DNA of 64,000 bases. Origin: Fimbriosthenelais zetlandica. Taxonomy: Eukaryota. The stretch spans positions 26,350,001 to 26,414,000 of the forward strand of contig OZ365109.1 in the NCBI GenBank assembly GCA_977030845.1, in the 5' to 3' direction. Shown here piece by piece: positions 12,917 through 26,165 of the stretch; the stretch's first letter is position 1, and every line of letters begins with the position of its first letter. The translations under genes and the position numbers were made by a program. Under the pieces are notes generated by a model that saw only the letters and a program-made list of their open reading frames with translations, was not told where the DNA came from and did no database searches.

Positions 12917-14999
12917 CAATAGTGGTGGTACACTATTCCAATCTTTCACGCCGATAGTGAGTGAAGGAGCTCCTAATCTGATTTATATACATGCCCACTG
13001 ACTCGTCTGATAAGGCGAGCAACTCGGAGCAGTTCTCTTTCTGCTTTGAGGACAGTTATTATGGCCACCAACAGTTCCTAGATACAGAAGTTCTCAGGTA
13101 TTGCTTATGAGTTTTTTCCATCAGGTCTATACAAAAATAGAAAGACATGTAGCTTATTATAAAAAAACAACACTATCAATGATCAGAATAGCTGCGTGAG
13201 CAACTCATCTGAGCATGTGTAAAGTAGATGGGGATGGGGCAGCCACACACATAGAGCCTAGAGATCCACATGAGACCAAATTCCTGCTCAGAGACACAAA
13301 GTTATGATCCCAGTGACCCAGTTTGCTAAATCTGAGTTACCCTCTAATATCCTTATCATAATCCATATAGATGTAAGTATGGAGAGATGTGTGTCTGTGG
13401 GGCTGAATCCAATGTCTGATTGATTGAGAGTGGGTGAGTGAATTTGAGTGATTGGATGTGTGAGTGTGTGGGTTGGTGTATTGGTGTAGGCCACTGTTGA
13501 GGTAAGTCCGAGGTTCTGACACAGTTCCCTCACACAGTGGGGCTGGAGTTGAGAGAAGCAGGAGGCGGAGGAGGAGGAGGAGGAAGAGGAGGGGGAGTGT
13601 AGCCACGTGGCAGCCGGCCAGGTAAGAGGGATAAGTTACAGGAGGGGAAAACTGCATGGAGGTGGGGGGGGGGCTGTTAGACAGTTACCTATGATAGGTG
13701 ATATCTGGGGAGGGGAAGAGATAAGGGAAGACGAATGGGGACATGTATAAAGAGAACAGTAGGAAGTGGACAATGAAAGAGGAGAGGGGATCAAGGCAAG
13801 GAGGAAATGGACGAGAGGAGGAAAGAATTGAGGATACATTTTCAGTTTTAATTCTTTTCAATTAAGGTGGAAATACCTCTCGGAGATCAGCCATGTTTGA
13901 TTTTGGCTCTATTCCAGTACCATTATTCAAACAGCCAATTGGAATCGATATTACACTTTGATCCCAAAGCAATATTTTTTACATGTGACAATCAGCTTTC
14001 CCCCATGCCTATCTGAAAAGAACGTTGCTATTTGGAAGGTAGTGATTCCCGCGATCAAACCTTAATGAATAATTACCAGGAATAAATGAGTGCTGGAATA
14101 TAGCCAGGTGTTAATATTTGATAGGGTGGGGTTGAGAAGGGGGAACTTGTATGTTTGAGATGTGAACCGTGGTGTCTGAGGGGTCTGAGGGGTCTGAGGG
14201 GTAATGGAAGACCCTGATCTACATTCATACAATCACTGCTAATAATATCACTGGTTCACTGAACTACATGGATCCCTGGCCTGTGAACCACCACTCACCA
14301 CCACCCCACCCCACTATCCCCAATGATCCTGCCTCCTACCACCACCACCACAACCAATACACCACAGTGAGGTGATTGGTGGTGCTAGTGGTGGTGGTGG
14401 GTGGTGCAATGGGGAAATCAGCAATGGGATAGTATGTGTGGTGGGTGGGTGGTGAAAGTGGTGCCCCACCACTTTGCCCCTGGTCAACCCACCACTGCGA
14501 AATGCTCGCCCAAGGTGGGACAGGCGGTCATTGCAAAGAGGAAATGGACCAATAACCATTGTGTATGATTGGGGAGGGGCTAGTCGAGCCAGGGGTAATA
14601 GATTATGTGTGTTGCATGAAATAATCGTGTATGTGACCATCGCATATGATGAGGTTTGTATTACCAGACACCCAGACAACTGGATCTGGGGTGGGGCATA
14701 GACATATCAAATAGTTCTCTTGTGTCGTGATAGGGTTTAGCATCCAGTTTATTGGGAATACATCTGGGTGCATTAGGGTTAATGATTCCATTGATATTTT
14801 GGTATTTAATACAGATTAATTAATCAATTAATTATTCTTGACATGGTTCCTCATTTCTGTTTTGAGCAGCTGGGGTTTTCAACAATGAACAAGGATTTTC
14901 ACTGATAGTTTGCTCGTTTTTTGTTGTTGTTTTTTTTACTATTTAAGTAATATTACTATGTCTAGTATTATAGTATGTAGTGCAATGTAGTACATGACA

Positions 15000-15800
15000 T
15001 GTCTTTTCAGTTTTAATGAATTCAGTTTTAATAGAACGTGGACCCCGGTGAAAATGTACCCGATATTTCATCTGAATGATAACACGTTTAATGTCATGAT
15101 TGATTCCGAGCATAAAAGTGAGATTACTTAGATTGAATTGAGATCCCTTTAGATTAAATTCCGCAACAATAGCATCAAGTATTCCCGCAATCCTATGTGT
15201 TGCATCGAAATATAATCTTAGTTTTCACTCAAATTACTGAAATAGATGACATAAGTCTCTCAAAATTGTTTGAAATGTTCAGATTGAAACTCCATCTCAA
15301 TCTCATATACATTTCATAACTTGTCAGATTAGAAAAATTATATTGGTTATGTTAAAATGTGCCTGTATAAAATAGCAAGTGTTAAGATGCGAGATGTATG
15401 AACTGTTTGAGGGATGGAGAGAGGTTGGAATATTGTTTCAGCCTGTTTAAATCTGAAATGGTCAAGTGTAAGGATGCCAAGGGCTGGGCGCGTAATAACA
15501 ACACCTGTTATTATTCCAAACACAGGGTGTGGCCTTTTTTTATAAGCAGAACGTTGAGAAATGAAAACTGGTAAAGAGTAGGGAAAAGAGAACCAGGGAA
15601 AAGAGAACCAGGGCAAGAGAAAGATTTTGTCAGTGTTTTCATGGGTTTAAAGTGTATTCCCCTGGTAAAGCTTTTCAGAGACGTCCAACGGAGTCGACTC
15701 TGTTAGTTATAGCACTGGTAACAGTTACCTCCAACAAGGACAATGATATCGTTCAACATCTCAAATGATGGAATAATATTTTATGATGGAATGAATCATA
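15000..15800 (-). mobile_element. Decayed CR1/L2-like LINE fragment (ORF1 esterase + endonuclease remnants)
   Basis: DIIVLVGGN (15724-15750), similar to an SGNH esterase block, followed by DAIVAEFNL (~15151-15177), similar to the GDFN motif. Confidence 0.35.
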
Positions 15801-16138
15801 TGATGAAATGGATGTCTTACAATTATGGTTTGATTCAATACATGACTTAAGAGTACTTGCAATTTAGAAATGGTGTTAAGAGGAAACAGACAAAGATGGA
15901 GATAAATGCCCTAAAGCAAAGCAATGGCGGATCGTGTTCATTCTGGCTGATACAAATTTCATAATTAGATTCCTCACCAGGAAATAATGAATATTTGGAT
16001 TAGAATAAGACTGAACACGATTCATGGATCGATTTATCAAGAGCCCATAAATATAATTCAGTCTGTTCAGGGGCGGGGAGGGAGGGAGATGTAGGGGGAG
16101 GTGGGAGGGAGGGATCAACCACTAAGGCATTGTTACAG

Positions 16139-16148
16139 CTGTCAATCA
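16139..16148 (-). promoter_or_regulatory. PBX-PREP/MEIS decamer TGATTGACAG
   Basis: ctgtcaatca on +, exact match. Confidence 0.45.
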
Positions 16149-18796
16149 ACCACAAAGAAAGACAGCCGCGTTCTCAGCATTCTTTAATTCTAAGCCGGCG
16201 ATCCAGGTGGCGCAAACGTTGTTTGCATCAGAGTAGACTATCAGCTGGCCGGGTGTTGTTGGGGGGTGGCCTGGGAGGAGGTGGAGAGGTGAAGAGGAGG
16301 CGAGTAAAACTGAAGGGAGGGGAGTAGGAGGAAGAGTAGGAGAGGGGTGGAAGTGACAGGGCAAGTAGGTGACTGATTACCGAGATAATGTCTGATAACG
16401 CATTTGATCGCAGGCTTAGTGTCTGTCAGAAATTACCAGCAACTGGGAGCTGAGCCAAGTGGTGATTGCGATGATGGTGGTGCTTGAAATTGCAGTAGTG
16501 GGTGGCCGTGGAGGGGGAGGGGGAGGGAGTGTGGGAGTAAAACTATGAATTCTAAACCAAAACTCTTAACCCCGGCAAATAGTGAAAGTGAGAACGATGA
16601 GACATGAGCTATAAGGATGAGGTTATGAAATACCTGCCTTGATTGCATCTACATTTAAAATGACAAATATCTTAAATCAAACTTTTTAGCAGTCGATGCT
16701 TCTGAGAATCTTTTACATCTCTACCTCCATCCATACAGGGAACAGTTCCATTTTCAGTGTGCGTCCTATGACTTTGTTCGGTTTCTCCAGAAGGTGTAAC
16801 TGCAGCGCGGACCCTGCTCCTTCCACCATTTACACCTTACACAGATTTCCATTAAAAAACTGATGACTTGCAGATAGTTTGTGACAAGGAGGAGGTGCAG
16901 GAGGAGGGGGAGGAGGGGAACAGTAGTAGAAGGCACCCCCTGTCGTGCCTGGGTAAGCCACAGAGTCCGAATGGTGGCAGTGGGAGGTGATGGTGGTGGT
17001 GGCGGTGGTGGCAAGTGGTGGTAGTAGTAGTAGTGGGTGGGGGTGTTGACAGCAGTAGTAGTAGTGGTAGTTATCCTGATCCCCTAGTGGTTCCCTTTTT
17101 CTCCCTGGTATAAGTAGTAGTAGGCCTAGTAGTAATAGTCGGATCCATCAGGTGGGTATGAGGGTGGGTAGTAGTATGTGGCTTATGTATATCCTAGGCC
17201 TGTTGCTCCTCTCAGGTCCCTCGTCCGTTATTCTGCCTCCGGGGTGGGCGGACCTGATCCCCTCTCCGACACAGCGTGGCGCTGATAGTGGCGCGTGTGC
17301 GGGGGCTCTGTGGTTACAGACTGGATGATCGGGATTGAACTCGTTCAGACAATGTCAGCACGGCACTGGAAAAGGTGGCTGACAGAAGGTGGGAGCAGCG
17401 GTGGGGGAGGGGGGGGGGGGCAGGGAAGGGTAGGAAGAAGGGAGGGAGGGGGGATTCAATCGGCTGCCACTCCTTCTGGGTGCAGCGGCTTCCTTATCTG
17501 CCGTCAACACCGAGACTAGCATGTGAGTATGTATCGCATCCCCCGTAGACAAAAGGGCTCTTCCTCTGTGTCCCCAGATATGGTTCAACCACCTGTCTGC
17601 TGTCTGGTTACCCACTGAGCCAGCCACAGGCGGGCTGGGGCAGCAGGAGGAGAAGGAGGAGGAGGACTATGTGGATGGGTGTAAGGTTTATGTTCTAGAG
17701 GTTCCTGTGAAGGGGTGGGATGAGGACTAGGATGTTTGTTATTGTGATAATGTTGTTATCTAGGTAGACACCCTCCTCATGTGTCCCTCAGTGAATGTGA
17801 GCAGCTCACATGTGTAACGGATCACATGGAACTCACCAAGCCACACACGTCTACTATAGGACCAGTTAATGATTTCACTGTAGGTTATGAGTATTACAAC
17901 AACTACAGGAAGCGGCGTCCACCTCTTCCACCTCGGCCTCTCTTCCTCCTGTCAGTGAGGTGGGATGATGTGGGGGGTTGAAGTGTCAACCAGTAGGGCG
18001 TCAATTGGTGATTACATCATCTCTCCTGTCAGTGCCTGTCACACAGTGCCATGTGGCTCCCTCCTCCCACCTCCCGCCATATAAGACGACCGCCGTCCTG
18101 TTCCAAATAACTCTTATCGATCTCCGCTCACGACCGCCCCCCAGCTGGCATGATCCCGCAGGCACGGGAGAGGAAGGAAAGCTAGGATGGCCGATGATTA
18201 TAGCGGTGTGGTGGATACTTAGTGTTCAATTTGGGAAATACCAGAGCAGAACGGGCTGTGGTTCCATGTGACTGCTCCTAGTGGGTTATATAATACTATA
18301 TATGGGAGCCTGATGTGCTGATAGGGAGAGGAAGGTAGCAGGGATAGCACGAGCTGAGCCCACAGCTGGACCAGATCGGGGAGTAGTATATAAAAGAGAG
18401 CCCTGTTGGCAGGCTATGAGGGACCGGTACAAAGGGCGTATCGAACAGGGCCTTGTCGTGATCTTGGTGGAGCGGGGAGCGTGGGAAGATGGGCGGAGGG
18501 TGGCAGAGGAGGAGGGAGGGAGGGAAGAGAGGGTGAGGGGGTGGGGGTGGTTAGGAGGGCGTGTGGTGGCCGGGGGGGATGGAGGTAAGGGAGGGGGATA
18601 AGGTTAAGAACAAGTACATTTAGTGGGTGGGATCGGAGGGGGAGATTTGGTGAGGAATGGTGGGAGATGGTAAGGGGAAGCAGGGGATGGGAGGGGGTGG
18701 GATGAGGGAGCAGTGGGAGGGTGGGGAGTCTGACTGACAGCTATGGCTGATAGCTCTTACCAGCCCGTCTCTCCCTCAGTTCCTGACAATCACGGC

Positions 18797-18806
18797 CTGT
18801 CAATCA
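18797..18806 (-). promoter_or_regulatory. PBX-PREP/MEIS decamer TGATTGACAG with adjacent CCAAT
   Basis: ctgtcaatca on +; one-mismatch copy at 18783-18792 and ccaat immediately 3'. Confidence 0.5.
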
Positions 18807-21800
18807 CACCAATCATGGCCGGGGAGGTGGTGCCCCGCCTGTCTGCCTCTCCCCACCACCGATGGTGCCAGGCAGACAACCATGGTGCCACACAGTGGTG
18901 CCTGTGGTGACCTGTTTCTTTTCTTTCCTCATTTTTTCCCCTCGCAATGGTGTGCGTTTGTTCCCACTTTAAGCAACAGTTTCTGTGGTGGAATGTGGGG
19001 GTAAACAATAAAATATATGAGATAGAATGAGAAGGTGGAAGGGAAGAGGAGAGAAGGGGCATAGAAGAGCAGAAAAGATAATAGTCTTAAAAAATTGTAG
19101 TAATGATGGTCAATATAAGACTAGAGGCAAAATAAATTACGGGAACTGGAGTCAATCCCAAGTACGAACAATGGAGTCCATGTGATGGAAAGCATGATGT
19201 ACATGAAAGCTAGATGGAAACCTTAGATCTTGGAAGTGATTGAAAGATCCAACGTTCTTAAGAAGGGAACATATGAGAGATCAGAAGAAGAGGAAGGGTG
19301 GGGGAGAAGAAGGAGGAGGAGTGGACAACACAGACACTACCTAGACACATGCTGCCCCTCTGAGTGTTAGCACAGCGGCCTGCACAAAAATCATTGATCT
19401 GTCACGGAACCCCCAAACTCCCCGGGTGGGTGGGTGGGGGTTCTGGGGTGGGGCGATGGTAGTGGTTGGGAGGGGAGGTTTAGGATGGAAGGAGGGAGGG
19501 AGAACAAGTGGGTGGGTGCATGGGGAAATCAGGCTATTGGGGATCAGGAAGAACAGTAGCAAGGGATCCAGTCGTATTTTCCATGACGAATATTTTAGTC
19601 CCTGAACCACACCCATGTCAGCAACAACAGACTGGCATTAATTAATCACAGTGAAATAATAGAGAGGAAAACAGCATACATGTGATATAAATATAAAGTT
19701 ATAGGTTCAGCCGTATAAAATACCCATGAATAATGGATATGAAAGGGGAAACACCACGCCGTATAGAGTGACATGTTGGTGGCTGTAAGTAGTATGTCAT
19801 TGGGACATATCCCCAGGCTTTCCTATACCACAATCGATATTGAACCTATTTTTCCAGACATAATTCGTGGGTGTGGATGATTTGTGCAGGCTTATTAATT
19901 GGGCCCTCCAGGGATTGGGATATATGAGGATATTGTATATACTAATATATTGTATGAAAATTAAAATGTTCACCAAGGTTATTCCAGGAAACAAGTATAG
20001 AAGGTGTATCATGTCTCAGTGCTGACAACATGCCACCTAGACCTGGTATAATCTATCATGTAACCGCTGCTACTCTAATCTATCATCATATGCTAATACA
20101 TTCTACCCCTACATGCCTCTTCTATTATTGTACAACCTATACCCTCCCCTAGACTTGCCCTTCTCCCTCCCCCTCCACTGCCTTTCACTCCTGCATGTCA
20201 TAACACCATTTTTTCCCTTAGGATCACTCAAGACTTTTTCCTCCTTACTTTTTCTCCTTTGATATGCAGCTTTGGACAAGAGGACAAATAGAAAGTGACA
20301 GATGCTGAGAAATATGTGACTGGACTATAGTCTACCACTAGTAGACTTGCACTTAGTTTTTAAAACATAACACCTTTAAAATAGGTTATATTGAAGTATG
20401 CAGACAAGGAAGTACTGAATGATTTACATAATTCGAATAGTAAAATACAATTTTAATAAATATTATCATAGTAGGGGGACTGCAGTCCTAAACATAATGA
20501 GACAAAACTAATCCATCCCTCAAGATTCCACATTTGCAGTAGACTTGTACACAACAGTCGGTAAAAGCATTCTGTATTTTTAACCTAAATGGACGTCACG
20601 CAAAGCTTGTCAATACTTGTTATCAGTGAAATGGCTGCTTAGCAACGCTCACTAAACAACAATAGTTTATCTTTGGTGGAAAGGTCATGCAAAATACAGA
20701 ATATCTCAAACTATGACTCACTATTACATTTTTCCATCCTTATTGTTCCAATAGCCAGACTAGTAGAGAAATGAGTAAAAATTCAAAAAACTCTCCTGAT
20801 GCCTTAAGAACTCTGGAATCACAATGGAATGGAAATGATGGGGATATGCTCATACTGTAATCAGTATGGATGTGAAGTATTGGGAGTACACGTGTACACG
20901 TGAAGTATTGGGAGTATACCGCTAGCGTCCACCTTGTTCTCATGTTGAGTGATTATTGGCAGGGAAAGCCTATGTGAACAACCAGTGTCATTAATCATCT
21001 AACCAAGCCATACATAATGCCCAAGCTCCGGAAACGCGACCCAACACTCTGCTCATGGCCGACAGGTTAGAGGTGAGCACTGCAGTCAGAGCAGCCCCCA
21101 CTGCGCCCCCCCCCCCCCGCCACAACCCCCACCCGTCCATCCCTTCACCCCTATTATCCCCACCAACCCCCAATTTCTACTCTGCCCTTCCACCAACAAT
21201 CTCCTCCGGCATAAGACCCCTGCCTGGTTGAAAAGCCAGTAAGAACGGAGGAGACGCCAGCTAGATCGCATGGCAATGATGTCAGGGCATCAGTGACATT
21301 GTTGGCATCAGCGCGATGCTCAAATCACAGTCCCCAAACATAACATCCTCCCATCTCTTACCTTTCCCACAACAAGATCCTACACTTTCTACCAACCACC
21401 ATGCCAATCCACTTCCTTGATCATTCCCAGCCCCCCCCCCCCCCCCCCCCACAGCCCAGCAATCCTTTTTAGGTCCCATTAAATACCACCAAATGAAATG
21501 AATCTTTCAGGACATGAAAAAAAAAATCATAAAAGTCACCCAAGCAGGTTGATTCCTGCCAGAGATAGGACAAGAACCATGAAGGAATTTAACAGCGGGA
21601 CAAATGATCAAAGTGGGGTTATTTGGCGGAGTGCGGACCTGGCAGAGGGTCGGGTGGTGGTCGGTTGTTCCACTGAGAGCCATGAGGTTTGAGGAGACAG
21701 TTGACAGCTGTTAAAACAATGCCAGGCACATTAATTATGACAGTTATAGCAGCCGGCCGGATCAGGGGGTGTCATGGCTGGTGGGAGGAGCAGCTCAAAA

Positions 21801-22543
21801 TGGCTTGAGGGCGAGCAGCCCTCTTGTCAGTTGCTCATGTCAGTGCTGCCTGTGGAGAGGCTGTGTGGAGGTCTGCATCATTGAGCTGTCATCCAGGCAA
21901 CACTTACTACAGTAACAAGCGTTACCTTTATACTAAATTTGGGCAAACACTAAATATGCCTCCGTTTAATTGCTTCGGTATCTTTAGAGCCTCTGAAATC
22001 CAAGAGGATGTTAGAACTCTGTTTGAACTTGTCTGACTTTCATGGGCTGAACTGCTTCTTATTCAGATGAGGTTGTACCAGAGATTGTCTTTCCAACTAA
22101 ATTTTGAAGGACATACTTGAACCTCATGCAAAAACATCAACTTGGGCTCCAACATGAAAATCCAGATATACCTAATCCTAAAAGCAATCTGGTACGGGTA
22201 ACATTCTTCACGTAAATGCGTCTTTAATAGTAGGGGAACAACAACTGGTGAAGGTGGTCCCTCTTGACTGGTGAACAGCCGCTCCAGCCCTCTCCCTCTT
22301 CCTCTCTCCAGGCTTCTTGCTTACTGTTAAAGCGTCCTGTCCTGCTGCAGGGGCGATTAAACAGCAATTAGGCTAAGGTTTCACAGGCGGCCTTCGCAGT
22401 GTTGAGCAATGTGCAAACATGCTTGATATGGCGCGCTGATAGGACATGAGTATGGCGGGTATCACCTACACGGGGTATCACAAAGAGGGTATCAATGTTA
22501 TCTGATTAAAAAATCTAATCATAATTATCGAGGTTATGTCATT

Positions 22544-22832
22544 NNNNNNNNNNNNNNNNNNNNNNNNNNNNNNNNNNNNNNNNNNNNNNNNNNNNNNNNN
22601 NNNNNNNNNNNNNNNNNNNNNNNNNNNNNNNNNNNNNNNNNNNNNNNNNNNNNNNNNNNNNNNNNNNNNNNNNNNNNNNNNNNNNNNNNNNNNNNNNNNN
22701 NNNNNNNNNNNNNNNNNNNNNNNNNNNNNNNNNNNNNNNNNNNNNNNNNNNNNNNNNNNNNNNNNNNNNNNNNNNNNNNNNNNNNNNNNNNNNNNNNNNN
22801 NNNNNNNNNNNNNNNNNNNNNNNNNNNNNNNN
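22544..22832. other. Assembly gap (289 N)
   Basis: Run of n; ORF-track entries over it are artefacts. Confidence 0.99.
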
Positions 22833-23683
22833 GTTTTCTCTCATGAAATACTCATAGTTGCCATGTCGTGGTGACATGTGGAGGGGTGCCGACCCTCGAC
22901 CCAGCAGCCTCCCCTGCTCATCACACCGGGCCCAACTGGTCCTCCTGAGTGATCAATACAATCCCCGAGAAGCTCACCACCCGCCTCCTCCTGCTCAGAC
23001 CTGCTCAGGCCAGACAAGCAGACTCATTCGGAAACATCAATCACAGCGGCAATTAAGGGAAACCCTCATAATCCCAGTGGGGAAAGCTTTAAGTTAAAGC
23101 ATTACCGAACACCACTGTACAAGGGGCCTACATCGACCACCCACATAATGTGACCTATCTAATGTTCTGGAGGGCATTATCTATTTCGTCGAAATTAATG
23201 ACCTCAAGTAGAAAGTGTTTTTGAACACCACCAGAGGAGAGGAACTGCTCACATTCAGTCAGAATGGTTTCAAGGACAGTTCGGGTAAGCCCGCGGAACA
23301 ACATGCTTGGCCCTTGTGGCCTTAGGCAGCACTAATCGCCCCAGCACCTGCAAAGCCTGGCTCTACCTCCCTCCCTCACAATTTCTCACAGAATTTAACA
23401 ATAAAAGTACTACAAATTAAACAGCATAGGCATAGGCATATTCAGTATATTGACCTGAGAATGTCATGTTGTGAACTGTAAATCTTCTGCTAAGACTTAG
23501 TGAGATCTTGGGTGAGGACAAGGAAAAATGTAGGCAGATGACAATCATTATATTGACTGATGGAGGGGTGGGTGGCAAGGCTAGGGGCGGAAGAGGAAGG
23601 GGAGGAGGAGCGGCACCACCAGCTGTGCTGGGAGCGGGCAGCCACCGGTGGGGCCCGTCCTCAGGTCCCGCTCTGTGAATGGC

Positions 23684-23693
23684 TGATTGACAG
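23684..23693 (+). promoter_or_regulatory. PBX-PREP/MEIS decamer TGATTGACAG
   Basis: Exact match on +. Confidence 0.45.
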
Positions 23694-25609
23694 ACACTAG
23701 ACACACGGCTTCTCCAGACGCGGGGTGTGTTCGGTAGTCCATTTTGTTATATCAAAAACCACTGAGGGTAATAGTTTTTTAACTGATGTTTTTTTCTGTT
23801 AAAATGCTGATGTGCATAGAATACAAACCTAGAATTACATTTAAATAGTTTCAGAAAGAAATGCTTCTAGAAGGGCAGGGGGGAAGTAAAGAGTGGGAGG
23901 GAGCCGTAGGGGGAGGGGGGAAGGGGAAAGTGGGGAAGAGGGAGAAGGGCAGAGGAAGAGGCGTGAGAGAGCATTGTGGGAATTTGAGTAATTTGAGGGG
24001 ACTGAGGAAGAAACATCCGCACTTGGAGCAGGAGTTCTGGACCTTATGAGTCAAATTTATACATTTTGATCATATTTTATCAGGAGTATCGCAGAATTTC
24101 AAACATTCTCTAACTGTTAAACAGTATGCCACCATCACCATGCTTCAAGCGGCGGCTTGAGCCAGTGTGAATATGAAACACATTTCTCAGCCTCACACAT
24201 CCCATCTAGTGGCTTAGATTTCCCATGATGGTGTGTGACATTCAGAGATTCCGAGATGAGAGGCAATCTGGGGAATTGCATATTCTGCCTTCGCCACAAC
24301 AGGAATCCCCTGATCTCTAACAATTTATCCCCAACCAAAACCAGCAACGGCAGTTTCCTTCCACTTTACCGATTTCCCTTCTTGGAAAATGATTCTTGGT
24401 AGGCCTATACTATAGGCAGACAGATATCATAAACAGATCTCTAATCCGATAAATTAACTTAGCAGGGAAGATGGTACAAAATATTGCACTTTGCCGTGTA
24501 CTGAAACAGTCTATATTCAAGCTTACATTCAAGGTTCTAGTCCTTACCTGTGAGAAAGCGCCATTTCTTCTACTACTGACAACTTGAAATTTAAGGACCC
24601 GGGTATCTTCCCCATTTTACTATCCTACTTACAATTTTACTGGGAAAGATTTGGTTTCATAGGGGTTCTACGTCGCAGCAACAGCGGAGTCCATATCGAC
24701 GAAACACGCTGCCGGCTCTATTAACTGCACTTATCGAGGAGGGGACGGGGGATTTTAGACAAATGATGTGAAAATGATTCCTAAACAGTACAAACTAGTG
24801 AAGAAATAGATTGGAATGATGACATAAGATTGAAAATTGGGAAAGGGAAGAAGAGAGCTCGAGAGTAGGAGCGAGGGAGAAAGAGAGCGCACAGGATGAA
24901 AGCGACCACTTTTGACTGGCAGTGATCGAGATAAGCCCTATCGACTAGTGACAAAAACCCGCCAGCCTCCACATTGTTTGGGAGCCTGGAGCCACTCTAT
25001 TGGCGGGAAACGGTGAGGGCTGAGGTGTGGCGGTAGGAAACGTTGGGTGCTGATGGGCGATGGCGATGGTGCCCTCTCTTTCTGCCAGCCCGCAGTAAAA
25101 ATGTGGTGCGGGTGTGGTGGTGAAGGTGGTGGCAAGTGGTGGTGGTGGTTGGGGGGGGGGGGGCGGGGGGGGGGTGCATGGGGGATATCCCGGTACCCCC
25201 TCCAGCTCCTCCTCCTCCTCCTCTTCTTCCACCCACCTCATCTGGTGGGGTGTGTGAGTGGGTGTGTAAGTGAAGTGAGTTGGGAGTGTGTGAGTGAGGG
25301 ATAAACCGTTCACAGCATCAGATCAGCAGTCTGGCCTTGTGCCACTGGAGGAGTAAGGAGAAGGCCCGTGGGGTGTCTGTCAGCTGCGGCGGGGGAGGAG
25401 GAGGTGACAGGCGGTGCCTACTGCCACACTTCACACTCATCACTGGATCTCCCCCTTCCACCTCAACCACCACCACCACCACTCGGCACCACCGTCCTGC
25501 AGGACACCAGCACCACCCCTCACTCCACCAAAAACTTCCCCACCTGCCCCTCCTTTTCCAGGTAGGTAAGTAACTTTGATGCGTGATCGGGGATGGGGAT
25601 TTCTATCAA

Positions 25610-25960
25610 GCTGAGTCAAGTAGTGATGGTCAGAGAGCCTTGTAGGGCTGTTGGGTGAGCAATTGAAAGGTGAATCAAGAGCAGTTCATGAGAGGCTGCT
25701 GGTATAGTGAAGACATGTAGGGAGATGGCACTCGTAGATAGAAGGAGGAAACTTGAAGGGGGTGGCATGAGTTCAGAGAAGGTATCATTCAACTTTCTGT
25801 TACTTTCCTCCAAACACCATAAACCATTATATGTGACCAATGATGGCCTTGGCCAATTCATTGCATCATATTGTTTACTAACTCAAAATGTTAGGATTAT
25901 AGTCCCCAATGAAAGTGAAAGTCAATGGAGCTGGAAAGGTTTTTTTCATTGGATTGTTAG
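25610..25960 (-). mobile_element. Decayed LINE APE endonuclease fragment
   Basis: One frame carries FIGDYN (~25895-25912), TALD and RLSDHH (~25623-25640) in the expected order, interrupted by stops. Confidence 0.5.
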
Positions 25961-26094
25961 ACTGTCTGACTGAGCACAGCCCGACTGACAAGGCTTTGTT
26001 CCTATCCCCTCCTGGAAATGCTCACTTCTCCCTGGTCCCATAACAGGGGTGTAAATGTAGCTGAAATAAACACCTCCCGGCCCAGGTAAATCTA

Positions 26095-26165
26095 GTGCAG
26101 GATCATCTGCTTACAATGTGTGCTTGCAATGTGAGGGAGGTATAGGTTCGATTCCTGGCATGCAC
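26095..26165 (+). mobile_element. tRNA-derived SINE head remnant
   Basis: Pol III B-box GGTTCGATTCC at 26145-26155; cloverleaf not intact. Confidence 0.3.

Noticed and set aside
20740-20943. ORF segment KASGEFFEFLL, reminiscent of the SMARCD3 alternative first exon (KATKSKLFEFLV)
   Set aside because: No suitable donor after it; similarity is short and likely chance
22536-22877. 112-aa ORFs in the track
   Set aside because: Artefacts of the N gap
13288-25573. Numerous Pro/Gly/Glu-rich ORFs in the track
   Set aside because: Products of G/C runs and GA/GGT low-complexity sequence; no domain or splice support
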